Part shown: piece by piece, positions 62,909-64,000 of the stretch | Layout of the letters: every line of letters starts with the position of its first letter | How positions within the stretch are numbered: position 1 is the stretch's first letter | Source: Prochlorococcus sp. AG-347-O22 | Lineage (GTDB): Bacteria; Cyanobacteriota; Cyanobacteriia; PCC-6307; Cyanobiaceae | Direction: 5' to 3' | Assembly (NCBI GenBank): GCA_003278845.1 | Contig: QCCX01000004.1 | Location: forward strand, 12,524-76,523 | DNA: 64,000 nt | Made by a program: the position numbers and the translations under genes | The notes under the pieces: model-generated | Database searches by the model: none | What the model was told of the DNA's origin: nothing | Seen by the model: only the letters and a program-made list of their open reading frames with translations

Positions 62909-63601
62909 CTAAAATTCAACGCACTTTTGTGCTTTTATTCCTTGCTCTTTGAAAGGATGTCTTATTAGTTTCATTTCTGTAACTAGATCAGCGTAATTGA
63001 TGATTAAATCAGATGCTCCCCTTCCAGTTAAAACAATATGATTTTTTCTATTATTTAAGCTTTTTAAAAAAGTGATTATTTCTTCGGGTGCAAGATAACC
63101 AAGTTTTGTCGCAATATTAATTTCATCAAGAATAATAAGTTTATAAGATTCGTTTTGTATGTATTTTTTAGCTAGTTGCCACGCCTCTTGAACTAATTTT
63201 TCATCTCTTATTCTGTTTTGTGTTTCCCAAGTAAATCCCTCTCCTAATGAATGCCAAGATATGTTTGAAGACAAGTTTTTAAGTGCTTTTTCCTCTCCAG
63301 TGGTCCAGCCTCCTTTGATAAATTGAATTATTGCTACTTTATAGCCATGCCCTATCGTCCTTAAAGCCATACCTAAAGATGCAGTTGTCTTGCCCTTGCC
63401 ATTTCCTGTGAAAACAATCAATAATCCTTTTTTTGTTTTTCTAATTTGTAGTCTTTCGGCTTGAATATCTTTTCTTTGCTGCATTCTTTTTTTATATGAG
63501 CTTTCATCGATATCCGGTGATAATTTACCTCCCATTCCAAGTTTATTTGCTTGATTATCGAGGTTAAATATTCTCTCGGAAGATGAAGGTTTTTCTTGCA
63601 T
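62909..63601 (-). CDS. cobO: Cob(I)yrinic acid a,c-diamide adenosyltransferase
   Basis: TGNGKGKTTA, QFIKG, GEGFTW, LDE, LTGR, ADLVTEM..HPF. Confidence 0.95.
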   Translation of the reverse strand: MQEKPSSSERIFNLDNQANKLGMGGKLSPDIDESSYKKRMQQRKDIQAERLQIRKTKKGLLIVFTGNGKGKTTASLGMALRTIGHGYKVAIIQFIKGGWTTGEEKALKNLSSNISWHSLGEGFTWETQNRIRDEKLVQEAWQLAKKYIQNESYKLIILDEINIATKLGYLAPEEIITFLKSLNNRKNHIVLTGRGASDLIINYADLVTEMKLIRHPFKEQGIKAQKCVEF

Positions 63602-63635
63602 ATGACCCTTATTTTTATTTAATTATTATAAATCT

Positions 63636-64000
63636 TTAAATATTTTTAACTCTTTTAACTTTTAGAAGTGCATTATTTACTGCCTTTTGTTGATCTCTTT
63701 TAGTAATCCAGTGGTGATAAGTTTGAGTGTGTAAACTAACCGAATGTCCCATCATTCTGGCAGCCACAGTATCAGGTAAATCATAAAAAATTGTTCTAAC
63801 TGCCCAAGCATGCCTTAGATCATAAGGTTTTATTTGTAAAGAGTAACGCTTAAACTGGTCTGTAATTTTTTTTCCAATATTCTGTAAGGTTGTAATTTTA
63901 AGGTCTCTATTAATATTTGGTAGAAGTTCTGGATTCTCACCAAGTTTTGATAATTCGAACTTTTCCACCCATTCAGGATGAAATGGCCAAACTTGATGTT
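63636..64000 (-). CDS. Tyrosine recombinase/integrase, C-terminal part (gene continues beyond window)
   Basis: Frame open to the window edge (HQVWPFHPEWVEKF); PYDLRHAWAVR, MMGHS and catalytic Tyr in QTYH. Confidence 0.88.
   Translation of the reverse strand, partial: HQVWPFHPEWVEKFELSKLGENPELLPNINRDLKITTLQNIGKKITDQFKRYSLQIKPYDLRHAWAVRTIFYDLPDTVAARMMGHSVSLHTQTYHHWITKRDQQKAVNNALLKVKRVKNI

Overview
A very AT-rich, gene-dense 64-kb stretch of core chromosome from a marine picocyanobacterium, most likely a high-light Prochlorococcus marinus. This is inferred from the AT richness, the minimal intergenic spacing, photosynthesis genes (petA/petC, psaF/psaJ, psb27, hli) and the Prochlorococcus/Synechococcus hyper-conserved protein between tRNA-Trp and tRNA-Asp. 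About 65 CDSs run from groEL2 to the C-terminal part of a tyrosine recombinase at the right edge. They cover translation, tetrapyrrole/cobalamin, isoprenoid, nucleotide, envelope and metal-homeostasis functions. Two tRNA genes are present, and three short CDSs missing from the ORF track were recovered (psaJ, hli and a 59-aa membrane peptide). I saw no rRNA, CRISPR array, IS element, prophage or genomic island. Best leads: (i) a coupled unit of small membrane protein / pyrophosphatase paralog with altered catalytic residues / CxxC Spx-ArsC protein / signal peptidase, preceded by an Xis-like HTH gene and two palindromes; (ii) a cryptic FtsL-like gene coupled to ftsI; (iii) a Pta-like/SLOG/YajQ/SPFH cluster; (iv) an orphan LarC; (v) a K-box-like element upstream of groEL2. 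All functional calls come from motif recognition by eye; no database searches were run.
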